Assembly (NCBI RefSeq): GCF_006345805.1 | Contig: NC_043011.1 | Coordinates: forward strand, 66,724,464-66,788,463 | DNA: 64,000 nucleotides | Source of the DNA: Octopus sinensis | Taxonomy: Eukaryota | Reading direction: 5' to 3' | Shown here: positions 12,566 to 37,723 of the stretch, piece after piece | Numbering within the stretch: position 1 is the first letter of the stretch | How the letters are laid out: the number at the start of each line of letters is the position of its first letter | Position numbers and translations under genes: made by a program | Notes under the pieces: generated by a model | Told to the model about the DNA's origin: nothing | Databases searched by the model: none | Seen by the model: only the letters and a program-made list of their open reading frames with translations

Positions 12566-15111
12566 GATATATATGGGTGTGTGCGTATGTTTGTTTTTAT
12601 ATACTTAGAGCTCGAACCCTGAAAAAGTGTCTGTCAGGGATCTGGTATTGCACCTTACAGTTGCAAATCTAAATATAGAGTAATCGAAATATAAGCTAAT
12701 CTCTTTATCACCAGATGAAATGCAACAAAGCAAATGGAAGACATCTTTGCTTTCATCCCAGTTATGCTTCGCCACGGGTTTTATATAATTCTCTGAAAGT
12801 GAAATTCATCGCATCTTTATATAGGTTGAATTTTTTGTAAATAAACATTAAATCACTCGACGTACACGTGCACTCAAATGGAAGTATGGTCGTAAGAGGT
12901 TTTATTTCGAAAATATACATCATAGTATCTCGTGTGCGTGTACTTAACGTAGTAATTCCGTTGGATGAAACTTCACGATCCGTAATCCTTTCTTACCATT
13001 ATTGATTCTACTTATATGACAACATTTTCATCCGGGGTGAATACTTCGAATGTAATTTAATCTATATTTGAAGTCCAGAGTGTTGGACATTATTAGATAT
13101 CCTCAATGTCGCGTATGGTATTGTAATATTTAAATTCCGGGTTGTTGACTTGTCTCATTGAACAAATTTTTCAAATTAATGCACATACGTACTTCTAATG
13201 CCATAACAAATACTTATGTATGTGTGAGTAAGAGAGTTACAATAGCAGCTCCAAATGCTGACTGGCTGCTAGCCTGTAAAGGGAATAAAATTCTTGTATC
13301 TCAAAATTTAATAAAAAGACTATTGTAAGGTGAATTAAATGACCCTTTTTAATAATGAGACGTTTCACCGTGCTACGATTAGTACTTCTTTTAATTTCCG
13401 ATTGGCCGTGTTTTTATCGGTCATATGGACACAAATTATATTAATCAGGGCCACATATAATTTTATGTTATGTGGATAGAATAAGTTAGCTTCCTTTATG
13501 AGACTGCCGTGTATGTTGTGTCTTTTAAAAGTCATATACGGTATGTTTGTAGATACTTTTAATTAACTAACAAAGAGGTTTGTTTTCGTAGGTACACTTT
13601 CTTCCGCATATCCGACACTATCTCTCGTACTTTTTATTGATTTTATGCCCTAACGTTGCCGTAGGTTTAGTTGAATTATTTACGATCGCAGATGCTGCTA
13701 ACGGTTGATGCACAAGAACTACGGGACTTATCACGCCAGCAGCTATGGCATCATTTTTCATTCGGAGGAAACTACAGAATCCCATTCTTAAAAAACTTTC
13801 TTTTCAAATATATTCCTGTAATAATCATCATTGTCATTGAACATTTTTCCGATTACAATTTTATTGGCAACAGGCATGTAACGCCATAAATATTATATGA
13901 TATGTATTATAAAGATTATACATATGTATGTTATTAAAATACATTCAAAATATTCCTGCAGGGATAACTCTAGCGCATTCGCATTATGAAACAACCAACG
14001 CATTCTCATAATTCTAATTACTATGCTTACTGTGAAATTCAATGTTATTGTAAATACACGCTCTCTTAATATAATTTTCTAAAACATAGAAACCAACTTT
14101 TAACTTTCTCAAACAAGGAAGATCTAATAAATAACTGACGCGGGTATTTTACTGTGAACACTTCTACTTCAGTTAGGACGTTATATTGCACCCTTTTGCC
14201 TTCCGGGGGCATTGCATTATATTTTATGCCCATGTTATCGTTATTGTAGCCACATTGAAATGGTTTATTATATTATGTTACAAATAACAAATGTAGAGCG
14301 TCGATTACAACATATATGTTGCGATAGAATTATAGTGAATTAAAAAGACATATACTTCAAATCGATATGGTTGTCATATATTGAAAACTCGGAGGCTGTA
14401 GAAATATTTCGCTTACTCCAATTATGTTGCCCAATGCCTTCCTCGGTTGTGGTGTACTCTGAAAAATATGATGAATTATAGTGAAAACTTAGTTTCAGAA
14501 CCAATTATAGATTCTTCAAACATATTGCCACAAGAAAGATTATCCTCTACTGCATAATGATGTCATAATACAACAATCGATTATAAATCATCCAAGTAAG
14601 ACAAAATAGATGGTCAAAGTTATTAAATTTACTTCGACCGGATTTTCATTACGTTTATTCCATCGCGGTACCCCCTATGTCCAATTATTTAGTAATGAAT
14701 TGAAATTAAAGAAAATCGTAGCTAAATAGCAATCGTTGTTTCTTCGCTCGCGTGTTCCTTCAAGGGTGATACAATGAAAATTAATCATTGTTTAGATTTG
14801 TAAAATAAAAGTATACTTTAAATCGTTAATTTCTTAGTCGAACCTTTTTAATGGAAATATAGCAAACACAATGCAAGCTACTTACCACGACTTAAAATAC
14901 TGTTCATCTTTAAAATCTTGTAAACACACATATGAAAATCTCATGAAGCATTTCACAAAACTGTCAAATTCAATGGAATGTAAAATTATGAATGGACATT
15001 ATGCATTCGGGTATTCTTGTATTGCTTATATATTTATAAAACCCCAATTCTGGAGTCAGACTCGATTTCCATGGAATTCAATATGTATTGTCTCTCTGGT
15101 AATTAAGTCCG

Positions 15112-15171
<60 letters not shown>

Positions 15172-15172
15172 A

Positions 15173-15229
<57 letters not shown>

Positions 15230-15301
15230 CATATATACATGTTCGTATATACACATATATGTATGCATACATACATATGCGTGTATATATATGTATATAT
15301 T

Positions 15302-15340
<39 letters not shown>

Positions 15341-15774
15341 ATGCAGACTTGAGTCTGGTGCATCCTCCTGGCTTCCCAGAACCCGGTCGAACCGTCTATC
15401 ATATGCTAGCATGGAAAACGGACGGTAAACGTTGATGATGATGATGGTGATAACGTATATATGAATATTGCATAAATGTTCGTGGGTAAGGCCAGAACAA
15501 TGGGAAGTAAATGCAACGTATATCACAAGGAAACATATATTTGAATTAGTGTAAATTTAGCCTGTATTCCATATTTCGGGGTTATGACCCTATCCTCAAG
15601 AAATTGAGAAATGTTGCCGATGTGAGTGGGTGTGAACGTGTGTAGATGGGATCATAACCTCGAAATATTGAATACAAATTAAGTCCTACATAAATTCAAA
15701 TATTTGTTTTCTTGTGAGTTACCTTCGTTCTTTTTTACAATATATTCTACACAATGCTTCACAGAAATTATTCC

Positions 15775-15849
<75 letters not shown>

Positions 15850-16224
15850 GATAATTTGTAGCGCAAAGAGCAATTGTTTCGGTGTTAAAAACAAAATGTG
15901 TTTATATTAAGTTGTTCATGGAGATTTGCTACATTCATCAAAGGACATATTCAGGTTCATTGTCGTGATTCCATATGAATATATGTATAAATGGAAATAT
16001 TTCTTAATATGCAATTGTATAAATATTAAAGAAATACGAATACCGAACGTAAGATCATATACACTTGTAAATATAATTATATTTACCTGCAGTAGGTGTC
16101 AATATCGCCTAGAAGATGTTTATAGTAGCCAGGACATTTTTCTTGGGCAAGTTGACGGCAGTCAGGCTTGGATGACATTACGCCTAAAATATGTGAGGTT
16201 TCTATTGAAAATATTTAAATGCCT

Positions 16225-17750
<1,526 letters not shown>

Positions 17751-18070
17751 ATTATTCCGAAAATATTATTATTATTTTTGTTAAATTACAATTCATTTTA
17801 GTTTGTAAGGAATTCATATGATACAGATTATACATACCGTTGTTTGATGTGCTGTTTGATGCATTTTTGGGTGCGGTAAAGTCGTTTCAGTCGCCTTCTG
17901 GCCGAGTATTTGTCACAATTGTATAATGCGTTTATCAGCTGACATAATAGCACCACTTAACAGTAAAAGCGTCATAAATCGAATGACTTCGTTCAACACG
18001 TTTCTGATAGATACCGTTGTCCGGCATTGATCTCCATTTGTTTACCAGGATTATCAGCGATAATGTTTAA

Positions 18071-19338
18071 TGTGGCAGCCCCAGCTCTGCCACTATAAGT
18101 TGACAACAAACCATGACAAGATAGGGGAAATCATGGAAGGGATAACTTTCTTTAAAATAGGAAGGAAATATGCGACAATAATAGTAACTTTTGTATCAGA
18201 AGAGGAGGTGAAAAAACCGACAACATGCTGATAAAGGTAGGGAAATGGACATTGATGCCCAACTGTCTAGGCAAAAAATCGTTAGGACTAGGGTGGGAAG
18301 AATCCCACCGTCGATAGACCCAAAACGGATAATAGCCGCAATTCAGAGCTGAGGAAAGTAAGTGAAGACCTGAAGATTAGCAAAATAAGCCGAACACAAC
18401 AAATGGAATGTTGGGTCTAGAGATAATCTGTGCAATGAGCCCGAAATATTATGACGAAATGGCGGAAACTTTGAAACTACCAAGCTGGAGATCCCCAAAC
18501 TGTTACGGATATGGTGAAAGAGGGCACTTAAGAAGGAAATGCCCTAGAGCAGAGGTAGAAGTGGTAGAGAAGAGTTTTCAGGAACATATAGTGGTAGAAA
18601 AAGATCAGAAACAGAAAACAGAACATGACAGGAATTTTGTGGAGGCGAAACCCAGGAAAAGAGAGAAAAGGAAGTCACTGACGACATTGAAACTGAACAC
18701 ATGTAAAGAAATGGAAGAAAAAAGCCAACTCAGAACGAGAAACAGAGAATATTTACCGGTAGAATTCCCAGCAAAGGACTTACAAGTACAGAGTCATTCA
18801 GACCAGAAACAAGACAACCCAGAATTACGGAAAGCTAAAAACATAGACACACAGATAAAACACGTAGAATTACAGTCAAACGAACACACAGACATACAGA
18901 CGCAATTACAAGAAATCATTAAACAACAGAAATATAGAGAGACAAAAAGAGACAGCATGAAAAACACAAACAAAAAGAAAAGATAGAGTGAGATAGGACA
19001 CCCCAACTGAAACGATTGCAAAATTGAAAGACATTGAAAGGGACAGAAGTGGTAAGTCGTTATCATTTGGTAAAGACTGTAATTGAGGAAAATATTTAAT
19101 TGAACTTTTTATGTAAAAAAAAGGGAGAAATCAATAAATTTTGCAAATTTTGAATGAACGGATGTTCAAACGTTTTTTTTTTATTTTTAAATACTGTGAT
19201 AAATATTTAGTTGACTTTTAGTTTAAAATCAGGGAAAGAAAATATGTAGGTCCTGAATGAACATTTGTTTAAAAGGTCTACAATTGTAGGGTGGAAGCAA
19301 AGAGGTAAGTCGCGGTATCGCCTCGGAGCGAGGCTACA
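18071..19338 (+). mobile_element. Gag/ORF1-like retroelement fragment with zinc knuckle
   Basis: ORF 18408-18986 contains CYGYGERGHLRRKC (degenerate CCHC); segment is bounded by TGTGGC...GGCTACA. Confidence 0.55.
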
Positions 19339-19863
19339 AGTTACGTCAAGTATTTCTTTATTACCCACAAGGGGCTAAACGTAGATGGCCCAATACACAC
19401 ATGCGGGAACAATGAACACATGAAAGAATGGAATAGTGAAATAAGACAAGGAAGTTCGAATGGCTACCCCAGCCCCGCTCCAGAGTGGTTAGGTCATTTC
19501 GGATTGTACAGCAACTTATTCGTACAACGTTGCTATAGTACTGCGAGGTTGCATTATATTCTAATTGAGTTCCATACATAAAGACGTCTTGCTGTATTGC
19601 TCGATTATCTTAAGTCTATAAATTTGTAATGTTAAATTTTCAATGTGAAACAATTAAGGCTTTTATATTTTTTCCTAAAACCGAAAATAAATAACTCCTT
19701 AAGTATTGTATTTTTAACAAATAAGTAATAATAGAACACAATTAATGGGTCTTATAAATATTCTTTTCTCAAATTCCAACCACAACAGCATTATTTTAAG
19801 TTCTATACCTTATTCTCTTGTGCTGTCGCCAGCTTAGTAATTCCTTCCTTAGCGCAGGTTGAA

Positions 19864-19913
19864 TACTTAAGAATATTCTAGCATTATGTGCCCGGAGGTT
19901 TCTAGTAGATATA

Positions 19914-20001
<88 letters not shown>

Positions 20002-20044
20002 ACTAGAAACCTCCGGGCACATAATGCTGGAATATTCTTAAGTA
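19864..20044. repeat. ~50 bp inverted repeat enclosing (TA)n
   Basis: cttaagaatattctagcattatgtgcccggaggtttctagtagat versus its reverse complement, 1 mismatch. Confidence 0.9.
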
Positions 20045-20064
20045 TATATATATATATATATAAG

Positions 20065-20100
<36 letters not shown>

Positions 20101-21219
20101 ATATTATATAATTTTATAAATGAGGGTGAAAAATCGATATTAATTTAATAATACCATCAATTTAACACCAAGTGGCTTAGCACAAAAAACTACGGAGAAA
20201 ATACAAATTCATACATAAATTATTATACATTATATTTATATTTATACATAATAATTTATATATATATATATATATATATATGCATCAATGTATGTATCAA
20301 TATAGCTTTGTAAGTATAGTTCTAGGTATGCATTAATGTATGTTTGTATGTATTTATGTATGTTTGTATTATGTATGTTTGTATTAATGTGTGCACGCAT
20401 GAAAAGGAAGAAAGACAAATGGTTGAGACAAAATAGATATAATACTACATCCCGTGTGTCATATCTATATTCTGCGCACCAACAAACAACCATCACCAAG
20501 CGCTAGTAAGCAAAAACCGCTTATTGTAATCACTCATCTTAATCTGTTTTTCTGTGTATTTGTAAAATTAATACAAACGAAAAACAATTGAATGGATATT
20601 CACCAATTTTAGCAGAAATAATCATTGGTTAAGAGGTTAGAAATGATGGAATTTTGGTTTGATTATCTTCAAACATACATAAATCCATAATACTTTTGCG
20701 CCAGTGCGTTTTCCTGTGTGTGTGTAGTGATGGAAACGAGGATTTCATTTATTTCGGAGTTGATTTCTTGTGTTCATGAGAATAATTCATTTCAATTAAA
20801 AATCATGGGTAAGCAACGCATTGTAAACCACACTATAGTTTCCGAGAGAATTTATCTTCACACTGAGTTTACAACGCCCCTGTGGCGCCCTTTTTTTCGT
20901 TTTCTTTTTTCCAATAAAAAATAATTTCCATATAGCTACTTACGGAAAATGAGGAAGACAAATATGATAAAATAATTCTTTTTCAGGTTTCGTGAGTAAC
21001 TCCTCGTAGTCTGGCGATTTTGATTAAATATGATGTGACATGTGCTTCAACAGGCAGAGAAAGCATATAAATTTGATTAATGACATGCAGTGCCATTATA
21101 CCTTTTCATATATTCTTGTACATTCACGAAGACGACAGGTGTATAAAAGATAATTTTGCAGAAAACTGTATTTGTCTGGACCTATACTAAGTGATCGAAG
21201 AACAATATTCCTTTCTGCT

Positions 21220-21398
21220 CTAGGCACAAAGCCCGAAGTTTCTGTGGAAAGTGCCAGTTGTTTAGACGCCCCCAGCATGCCACTGGTACTTAATCATAAA
21301 AGGTAAAGTCGACCTCCGTGGAATTTGAACTCAGAACGTAAAGACAGACGTAATAATGCTAAGCATCCGTCTACCAAATCTAATCACAAGGCTTTGCT

Positions 21399-21400
<2 letters not shown>
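21220..21400 (+). mobile_element. SINE fragment
   Basis: ggtacttaat...aaaggtaaagtcgacctccgtggaatttgaactcagaacgtaaagac; related copies at ~10460-10570, 33940-34480 and 54030-54160. Confidence 0.55.
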
Positions 21401-21439
<39 letters not shown>

Positions 21440-21532
21440 TGAATTGAAGTTTACTGCTGTGATTTTTGCTACTAAGGTATCGGTTAAACTTTTGATTAAT
21501 CTACTACAAGATTATTCATCTTTCTATTTCAC

Positions 21533-21579
<47 letters not shown>

Positions 21580-21583
<4 letters not shown>

Positions 21584-23300
21584 CAAAAGCCGAAGGCAGG
21601 TGGTGTAGACAACAAACTGTTGTACCTGTTGAATCTCGGGAAGTGAAAAAGGTTTTTAATGTTTCGATCTTAAACTCTTCCACAGAAAGGAACAGAGAAA
21701 TAAATAAGGAGAGAAATAAAGAAGATGTAGTGTCTAGCGATCTATCAGTGCGAATACCGGACAGAAGGGTCACACAGGAGAGCTAGGAAGAAGGGGAGAT
21801 AATAAAGTAGCGGTGATCCCAAAACGAAGGTGGGCATGCTTGTGTATAAGAGGGCATGTATGTGTGTGTGGAAGAGGGCTGGTGACCATGACCTGTGTGT
21901 GTGTATGTGTAGGTGTGTGGACGATGGTGTGGGGCTGAGAAGTTGTCACTGCTAGTGTATGCAAGGTGGTGCAATGTTATGTGGTGTTGTGTGTTATGGT
22001 GGTGTATGATGTGTTGTGTGTGGTGTGATGTGGCGGTGTTGGGATATGGGAGAGGCGAGAGTGGGGAAAGCAAGTGTGGGGTGTGGGTTAGACTGAGCGT
22101 GGTGTAGAGGTGGTTTGGAATGGAATGGACAGGGAAGGTGGGGTTGGATTGTGCAGAAGTGGGGTTACGCGGGAGGGGTGACGATGAAGGTACAGGGGGA
22201 AGGGAGAAGGTGGGTAGCAGTCAAGAGAAAACAGTGGAAGAGTAGGAGTGAAGAAAAATCGGAGTCGGAGCAGAAGAGAAGAGGTGGGTCGGAGGAAGTA
22301 TGTGTGAGAGGAAAAGGTGAGAGGGGAGGATACTTGAGCCAATGTGACGCAAAGGAGCGATGAGAGAAGATTAATACCTGTTCACGGTAAAGACGGAATA
22401 CATCATGGCTCCTGAGCAAGGACAATCTGAACACAGACAGATGTTGCAAAGAGTGATCGATGAAGCGGAAATTGCCGAGTCGGATGTCTTGGAGGTCAGC
22501 CAAGTAGCGTCCCGTTTGCTCGATGTATAGAGAAGAGCAGTGATAGCAGGAGATGCAGTAAATGAGAATTATAGAAGTACAGGTGAAAGGGTCGGTGATA
22601 TGATAGTTTCGATGATGGTTGCTGGTGATGAGGGTGGCGTTGGATCAGCAGCGTGGGCGGGTGCAGAAGAAACGAATCTCGTTGGGAGATTGATTTAGGA
22701 AGAAGCTGTGGACCAAGAGGTATCGTAGGTTGTGGGACCGTTTGAAAGAAATGGGGTCGGTCAAGGAAGATGTGCGAAGTCGAGGGCTCGGATTGGAGTC
22801 GCCAAAAGACCCGTCGAATGGTGCGTTGGAGAAATAGGGAGATGAGGTGGTAGGTGAGGGAAGAGCGGAGACGGGAGACGGCGGTGCGGGGAGAGAGAAG
22901 GTTCACGGTTCACGGAACGTGCTCTGGCAAGGCCGATGTGGATAGTGATGAGGGGTTATCCACGTAGGATGAAGTGGCGAGCCATGAGCTGAGACTGAGT
23001 CTGAAAGTTATGTTCGTCACGGCAAAGGCTGCGTAGACGGAAGAATTGGGAAAAGGGTTTACAAAGCTTAGTTTGTTTAGAGTGGGAGGAGAAGTTGAAC
23101 TATGAGTGTGAGACTGAGTGTTTGTAGTGGATGGAGGTGGTGAGAGTAGAGTGATGAATGCTAACCTAAATGTCAAGTACGTAGAGAGAGGTGTCAGAAA
23201 TAGTGCAAGGGAAGTGGAAGGCAGGATAGTGAATTTGACAAAAACAGGAAGGAGTCTAGATGTTCGTATGTGAGTCAGGTCGCACCGATACAATCGTCAA
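21580..23300 (-). mobile_element. Penelope-like element remnant
   Basis: 3'-terminal segment gtggaagagtttaagatcgaaacatt on minus; degenerate pyrimidine-rich coding remnants (ORFs 22165-23293). Confidence 0.45.
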
Positions 23301-23479
23301 TATAACGGTCGTATAGTTCAGAGTGGGACCAGTGAAATAAGTTATTTCATGTGGAATTAAGAAGTACAAAAATCATTATGAGTCAATATAGAAAGTCATA
23401 TTGGTTTTGCCATTGATGCTCACTGAATTTGAATCACCACTGTGTTGGGTCTAATGAAATCTGAGTGAAACAGTTGCAT

Positions 23480-24400
23480 GCAAATGAGGTAAGCAGTTCT
23501 GAAAGTGATACAATTAAAATAGAAATGATTAATAGAATACGAATGATATATGGGATGTTTGAGGTTTAGTGCCATTATTGGTATAGGTAATAGTAAGGTT
23601 AGTAGTGTCCTGTATTAAGCTGTGTGCTCATGTTAAGTTGTGGTTAGTATTTATTAATGAAAGTTGCCACATTATTTAATCTTTGCTGCCCTAAGGTGTT
23701 CTGGGAACATTGATAAAAATAGAAAAATAGGAAGTTTGGTTGAAGGTTCCTTGCGCATGTATCTGTGTACACGCTGACCTGTCATCATATTGGCGAAAGG
23801 GGTTTAGTTCTTCGCCTCAGAGACATTCGTGTTCGGCCTATATAGTGGTTTCCACAACCTAAATAGGTAATGACGTAAATTATGCTTTCAAAGGCACAAG
23901 TGAAATTTGACTTTATCTTAAATATTTCACCTTGTTTCAATAAATGGGTGCACGTGTCACAACTATCCCGCCATTATTTTCCCTCTTTTGGGTCCGTTCT
24001 TAATCGATATAGTCTTTCGCCGATGAATAATGTTGCCAATGGCATCGGTTGCAATTTGCTTTTGATAATTTTGCGTGCGCACAAATTTCCTCGATTGTTT
24101 TATCTCCAATGAGTACGGGCAGATTGCGAATGATGATATTGAATGACTTTTTGTATCTTGGGTTTTGTGAGGAGATGTGACTGCTTTTAAATTTTGTGTG
24201 ATTTTTCGGTTAACTTCCCTTAATGCTTGTATGACTATTTCCTTTCTTCGCTTCACCCCTTCGTTTATTAATGATGGTGGGTAATGTCTTCTGCGGAGTG
24301 TCGAATTAAGTTCACAGAGTCTCCGTTTGCGGGGATTGGTATCCGAAACTATAGTTTATACTCATTTCGCTAGATTATAAGTTATATTAAGTTTCAATAT
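23480..24400 (-). mobile_element. Penelope-like element, GIY-YIG endonuclease remnant
   Basis: Minus frame IIYVITYLGCGNHYIGRTRMSLRRR continuing from FTCAFES; same element as 231-760. Confidence 0.75.
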
Positions 24401-25292
24401 ATTTGGGTTGGCATGAGTTAAATAACAGGTATGGTTTTGATTCTGTGGCCTTATAAAATATACAATGTACATTGCCTTGAGAGACGATGATATTTTTTTT
24501 ATTTTAGATATGAGCACGGAAACCATTTGATATACATTTTACTCATATTTAAATTACACGAAGGTTACAGTTACAAAACTCTAAGTATGGAGTACTCAAA
24601 TTATAACAAATATTCCAACAGCTATAAACTTTTTAAACACATAAGATATAGCGATATTAATGAAAGACATAATTGCTTTCGTCCGAGTTATACTTTGCCA
24701 CAGATTTTCAATACTACTCTGAAAGTAAAATGCATCACAGTTTTATATATGAGGAAGTATAATTAATGTCACATTGAAATATTTTCCAATACCTAACTGT
24801 TCTCGTTAAGGAATCGCCCGGTACATATGTGCACTCAAATGTATGTTTTGTCGTAAGAGATTATATTTCATAATATAGTCTCTCGTGTGGGGCTATTTAT
24901 TATAGCATCTCTGTTAAGTGATACTTCACGATCCACAATGCGAAATCTTAATTAATGTAGAATTCCTGGCTTTCTTACCATTATTGATTCTGCTTCTATG
25001 GTACCATCTTCATCCGGGGTAAATACTTCGAATGCGACATTAAAAACAATTTGGAAATTAAAAAAAACAATGACGCAGTGAAATTCGTTGAAATATCTCA
25101 GAGATATTTTAATCTATATTAAAGCATACTGTGTAGGGCATTATTAGAATCCTCAATGTCACATATGAAATTGTAGACATTTGTAGTCCAGTCGTTCTAG
25201 TTGTGATACTGGAATTTCGTTGTTCGGCTCATCTTTTTGAATAATTTTTTCAAATTAATACGCATATGTACTTCTAGTACCATAAGAAATAT

Positions 25293-33766
<8,474 letters not shown>

Positions 33767-35538
33767 TGTGTAATTTCGTGTCGAACAGCTCCTATTCTGG
33801 CGATGTGCATGTGGAAACATGTATTGTAATTAAATATGAAGTAACATGTGTTTCAACTAACACAGACAGCATGTAAATTTGATCAATGACATGCAATGTC
33901 ATAATAAATTTTTTATACTTTTTATTCTTCTACATTCACGAGCAACTGGTACTTAATTTATTGATCCTGAAAGGATGACAAGCAAAGTTGACCTCGGCGG
34001 AATTTGAACTCAGAACGTGTACGACGTACGAAATAAAGTTAACGTTTTCGACCGGCGTGCTTAAAAAGTCTGCCAGCTCGCCGCCTTGCACGGAGAATAA
34101 TATTCTTATCTCATCTAGACTCAATGTCCGAAATTTTGGTGGTGGGGGCCAGTCGATTACATCGACCCCATTACGTGACTGCTACTCGATTTATCGGCCC
34201 CAAAGAGATGAAAGTCAACGTCGACCACAGCTGAACTTGAACTCTGAACGTAAAACCGGAGAAATACCTATTTCTCTACTACCTACAAGGGGCTAAACAC
34301 AGAGAAGACAAAGAAGGACAGACAAACGGATTAAGTCGATTATATCGACCTAAGTGCGTAATTGGGACGTATTTAATCTATCCCGAAAGGATGAAAGACA
34401 AAGTAGACCTCTGCGTAATTTGAAATTAGTACGTAGCGGCTAAGCATTTCACCCGGCGTGCTAACTGTTCTGCCAGTTTGACGCCTTAAAAGAAGATTAC
34501 AAATACAAAGTGTTCGGTCTAGATTTAACAACATTTATTTATGTATTCTCAAAGGCTAACCTTTATGAATTTCTGACCATTCAACATCGCTGGAGGGCGT
34601 ATATATTCATGTTGTAATTGAGAAATGTCAGATGACATGGAGGAATGGTAGCCAGTTTCAAATTTGTGGACAAGTCAAGCTATTTCGATTAGCGTGGAAA
34701 AAGTCCATCACATTCAACTCGGCACTTCATTTCTGCATATTTCATCGATCCTAAAGATAAGGTTCCATCGACATCGACGGTAATGGAACTCACAATTTCC
34801 GCTCTCATTTTCGATCTTTTCCTCCCTTCACATTTCTTTCTTTCTTCTCTAATTGTATTCTCTTTCTACTGCTTTTTTATAATCTCCTATTCTCTTGACA
34901 CTTATTCACATTTTTCTTGCTCAACTAATTCCCTTCTCATTGCTTCTCCTCAAAATAGTTAATTGCTTTCTAAACATTACACTCTAATATATACAAACAC
35001 GGATGTGTGTCTATATGAATTTGTATGAGTGTGTATCGTCAGTATTTCATATTTCCGAAGAAAAGCACGCTCGAATGCATTAAAAAAGTAATCTAATTTT
35101 AGGAAGTTAAAACTTACGGCCTGTCATAGATTGATCATTGCGCAGATATAAAGGCTTTAAGAGTATAAACGACTCGTCAGATTCTTTATAATTGCGAAAC
35201 CCATGGTCACTATATGACCGGCCATAACTTTCACCTTTATAATGTGTGTGTGAGTGTGTGTGTGTTTGTGTGTATGATGTGTACGTGTGTGTATGGTGTG
35301 TGGTTAGACTACTGCAAGATCGCATCGTCAGATCATGTTGTTCGATTCCCACACAAGGCACGGACTTGTGTCCTTGTGCAAAACACTTCATTACACGTTG
35401 CTCAATTCCATTTATGATCAGTGCGGAACGTTAGCCTGCTTACTCAGCCAGTTGGATGTCATTTGAAAACTTAAACGGTACAACATGCATCTTCGTCATC
35501 GGTGTTCAGCGCTATCTTATAACCTGGTTGCTCTCGTG

Positions 35539-35612
<74 letters not shown>

Positions 35613-35789
35613 GTGTGTGTGTGTGTGTGTGAATGTATCAAGAATTTTGGTGTCTACATTGAGCAACATGGGGAGAATTCCTATCATGATATATGGACCA
35701 TCAAACCTTGATAATAGGGCAAATGGAAACACGATACAAGGTTAAATGGTGAGTCAGTTTGGTGGCGGATTACTCTTGGCCATTGAAAC

Positions 35790-37190
35790 ATGATGGTCCT
35801 CATGCACAGAACACGCGAAATTCATAGCGGTTCTCCCTCTTTTCGATCAATATAAGGGCTAATCCTTAGGAGCATATTTGTTCTTACGTTCATTGGAGTT
35901 GATGATGAGAATTCATCATTTATTTTATGATAGAATGATTTATTTCATGTTGATTTGGAATATATATGTTCCTAACACTAACAGAATATGTTTTTCCATG
36001 TTTCATTAAATTGCTTTAATTAAGTAACAATTTATAAAAAAGTTCACATCGTTATTATCATGAATAGGTACTGTATTGAAATATCTTACGCGACGAAGCA
36101 TAATAGTGTAGATATTTCAAACCAGCAAACCTTAATGAGTAAGATCACATCCGTGAATAAAATCATGCAAGAAAAAATCCCAAAATCAGACCTACGTATT
36201 CCCGAGATATTTATTCAGAAGGTTTTTTCTTTGAGACCGGTGTACATCTTGTCGGGGTGGGGGTGAAAATGTTTATATGCGTATACTAAATGATTCATCT
36301 TCATGTTCGACATCATTCGAACGAAGTTGCTGTTCAAAGAAGCTTCTGGACGTGTGAGCATGTGCATTTGTTACACGTTCGACAAACGTACAATTCAGAG
36401 GGACATAAGTCTGGTCTGTTTGAATCTCACTTGTCGGGCGATACATGATCGTAATCGGATTAAATATTAACTCCAACATCTCAATGAACACTAGCATAAA
36501 TACTAAATCTCCGGTGGAAGGTATGAGTTGTGACATATTCTTCACTCATGACTTCTAAATCTATCACATTTCTGGTCAATGCTTCTGAGGATATTGCAGA
36601 AAGAACTGTACAATCTGCGATTTCTCTTATTGCTTTTGCCATTTGATCAACTTTTTTCTTAAACATAGACGAAACGAATATTCGTGAGATTTATTCTTGT
36701 TAAGTATCGGCTTGACATTGATCAACCAATTTCCAGTGTCTTGGATGTTATATCCAGACTACTTCACAGTAAATACGCTATATACTTGATATTTCCTTCA
36801 TCACATTTCTGAAAGTGGACTCCGGTTCATGATGTGGTTACCTAACGAATTTTTTCTTTGCTTTTCGTACAATTGAAACATTTCCCTCACATATCAGAAC
36901 GCGCTGCTACTTCAGACAATCGGACAACTGTGTTCACAGCTGACACGGATGCAATGATCATCCGCTTCATTTCCGGTGTATTTTAAGACAAACAATTTTA
37001 CTCACTCTTCCTCTCTAGCTCACGTGGCCCCCACGTGATCATCGGCCATCTTTCTTCTCCTAACTTGTGCTTATTTCTCTCTGTTGTAGCTGGATCAAGG
37101 AAGATGTTTTCTTGCCTGTCTCCTGTCCAATCTTGATTTACGCGTTCGACACTACAACCACGTTTAGGCTTAGGAAACCTTCCTGTTTCT
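35790..37190 (-). mobile_element. Unclassified decayed element, possibly a DNA transposase remnant
   Basis: Unique, coding-like minus frames (ORFs 36273-36545 and 36481-36666); no diagnostic motif that I can name securely. Confidence 0.25.
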
Positions 37191-37460
37191 TTTCACTGTC
37201 CTGTTTGTGTTACTAATTTGAACCCTCCGCAAAATACCACATTACGTTTAATTTTCCTTGCAGGTGCAACTGTTTTATCGAAAGCCACACTTGTTAAATA
37301 ATGGAAATACGAGAGTAGAAAATTATGAAGTTTCATTCTTTGTGTTGCTTGCTTGTTTTCCACTTGAGTCTTTCGCTGTTCGAAATAATGGTTCATATTC
37401 CATGTACTCGTACTTCGTATCTTTTGTTGTACATGTTTCGTGACGTCTTGTACCAACATA

Positions 37461-37532
<72 letters not shown>

Positions 37533-37659
37533 TTAGAGATAAAACCACTATTAGGCAAATCATACAATCAATGAAACACTTAAGCCAACACATAAGATTA
37601 TTTAATTTATATTATTTAAATATATAACAAAATTATTTAAAAAACTATAATTAATATAA

Positions 37660-37723
37660 CACTACGATCGTTTCATGGCTGTTAATTTCTTTAAATTTTC
37701 GAGTTGCAGTCATTCATCAGGTG
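37660..37723 (-). ncRNA. Minimal hammerhead ribozyme motif
   Basis: Minus: cac CTGATGA atgactg...cagccat GAAAC GATC GTA gtg. Confidence 0.7.
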
